Part shown: piece after piece, positions 63,600-64,000 of the stretch
How the letters are laid out: each line of letters starts with the position of its first letter
Numbering within the stretch: position 1 is the first letter of the stretch
NCBI GenBank assembly: GCA_046045965.1
Contig: JBJOKS010000024.1
Span: 35,281-99,280 of the forward strand
Reading direction: 5' to 3'
DNA from: Cyanobacteriota bacterium
GTDB taxonomy: Bacteria; Cyanobacteriota; Cyanobacteriia; Cyanobacteriales; Nostocaceae
DNA: 64,000 nucleotides
The notes under the pieces: generated by a model
Database searches by the model: none
The model's input: the letters and a program-made list of their open reading frames with translations, nothing else
What the model was told of the DNA's origin: nothing
Translations under genes and position numbers: made by a program

Positions 63600-63745
<146 letters not shown>

Positions 63746-63751
63746 TAAATA

Positions 63752-63765
63752 GTAATTTATATTAC
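63752..63765. promoter_or_regulatory. NtcA-like box GTA-N8-TAC
   Basis: GTA ATTTATAT TAC in a divergent promoter region; no canonical TAN3T 22 nt downstream. Confidence 0.3.
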
Positions 63766-63876
63766 AATTTATCTAGTCAATAAAACGGGGCAAATAAAGA
63801 GTCGAACTCTCTGAATATATGAGGATTAAAGCTGTTCAGACTCTAGCGAAAGTCAATTGGGGTAAAGGGTGTAATT

Positions 63877-64000
63877 ATGTCTACTGCTGCGGTCAAAGCC
63901 TGTAATTTGAGGCAAGTAATTGGTCTGCTAGTCTCCGGTGTTAGCACGGCCATAATTTGTGCGGGATGTAGTGCTAATGGGTTCTGGTCTTCCGCACAGA
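63877..64000 (+). CDS. 5' end of a probable lipoprotein (runs off the window)
   Basis: MSTAAVKACNLRQVIGLLVSGVSTAIICAGCSANG: hydrophobic stretch plus lipobox-like CAGC. Confidence 0.5.
   Translation, partial: MSTAAVKACNLRQVIGLLVSGVSTAIICAGCSANGFWSSAQ

Overview
Chromosomal window from a heterocyst-forming (Nostocales-type) cyanobacterium, judged from about 30 HIP1 GCGATCGC sites, heptamer STRR repeats, and psaD, ndhN, rca/alc and ycf46/ycf35. The core is the complete cyanobacterial ribosomal-protein super-operon (rplC to rplO, secY, adk, infA, rpmJ, rpsM, rpsK, rpoA, rplQ, truA, rplM, rpsI, rpmE, prfA; 18.2-36.3 kb). It is preceded by an unusually long, strongly base-paired leader of about 735 nt. 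Flanking housekeeping genes are rca, secG, gpmI, an ABC-F ATPase, a cation/H+ antiporter, a debranching glucosidase, a DICT-GAF histidine kinase, psaD, trpE, ycf35 and ycf46. Between them lie AT-rich accessory patches of toxin-antitoxin and nuclease cassettes, many truncated or chimeric: Uma2, DUF29, HigBA, Rpn, PD-(D/E)XK, HicAB, DUF6932+HTH, a DUF488-DUF488-dual-OB operon, and a pseudokinase/pilin + HerA-like ATPase locus. Several layers of small repeats are visible: a 43-bp AGGAT x4 dispersed repeat (12 copies, only outside the ribosomal operon), 23-25 nt insertion elements whose removal restores the host palindrome, a TIR-bounded MITE, and a diverged duplicate of the trpE 3' end bounding a cassette array. 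Family assignments come from reading motifs, not from database searches. No rRNA, tRNA or CRISPR array was seen.
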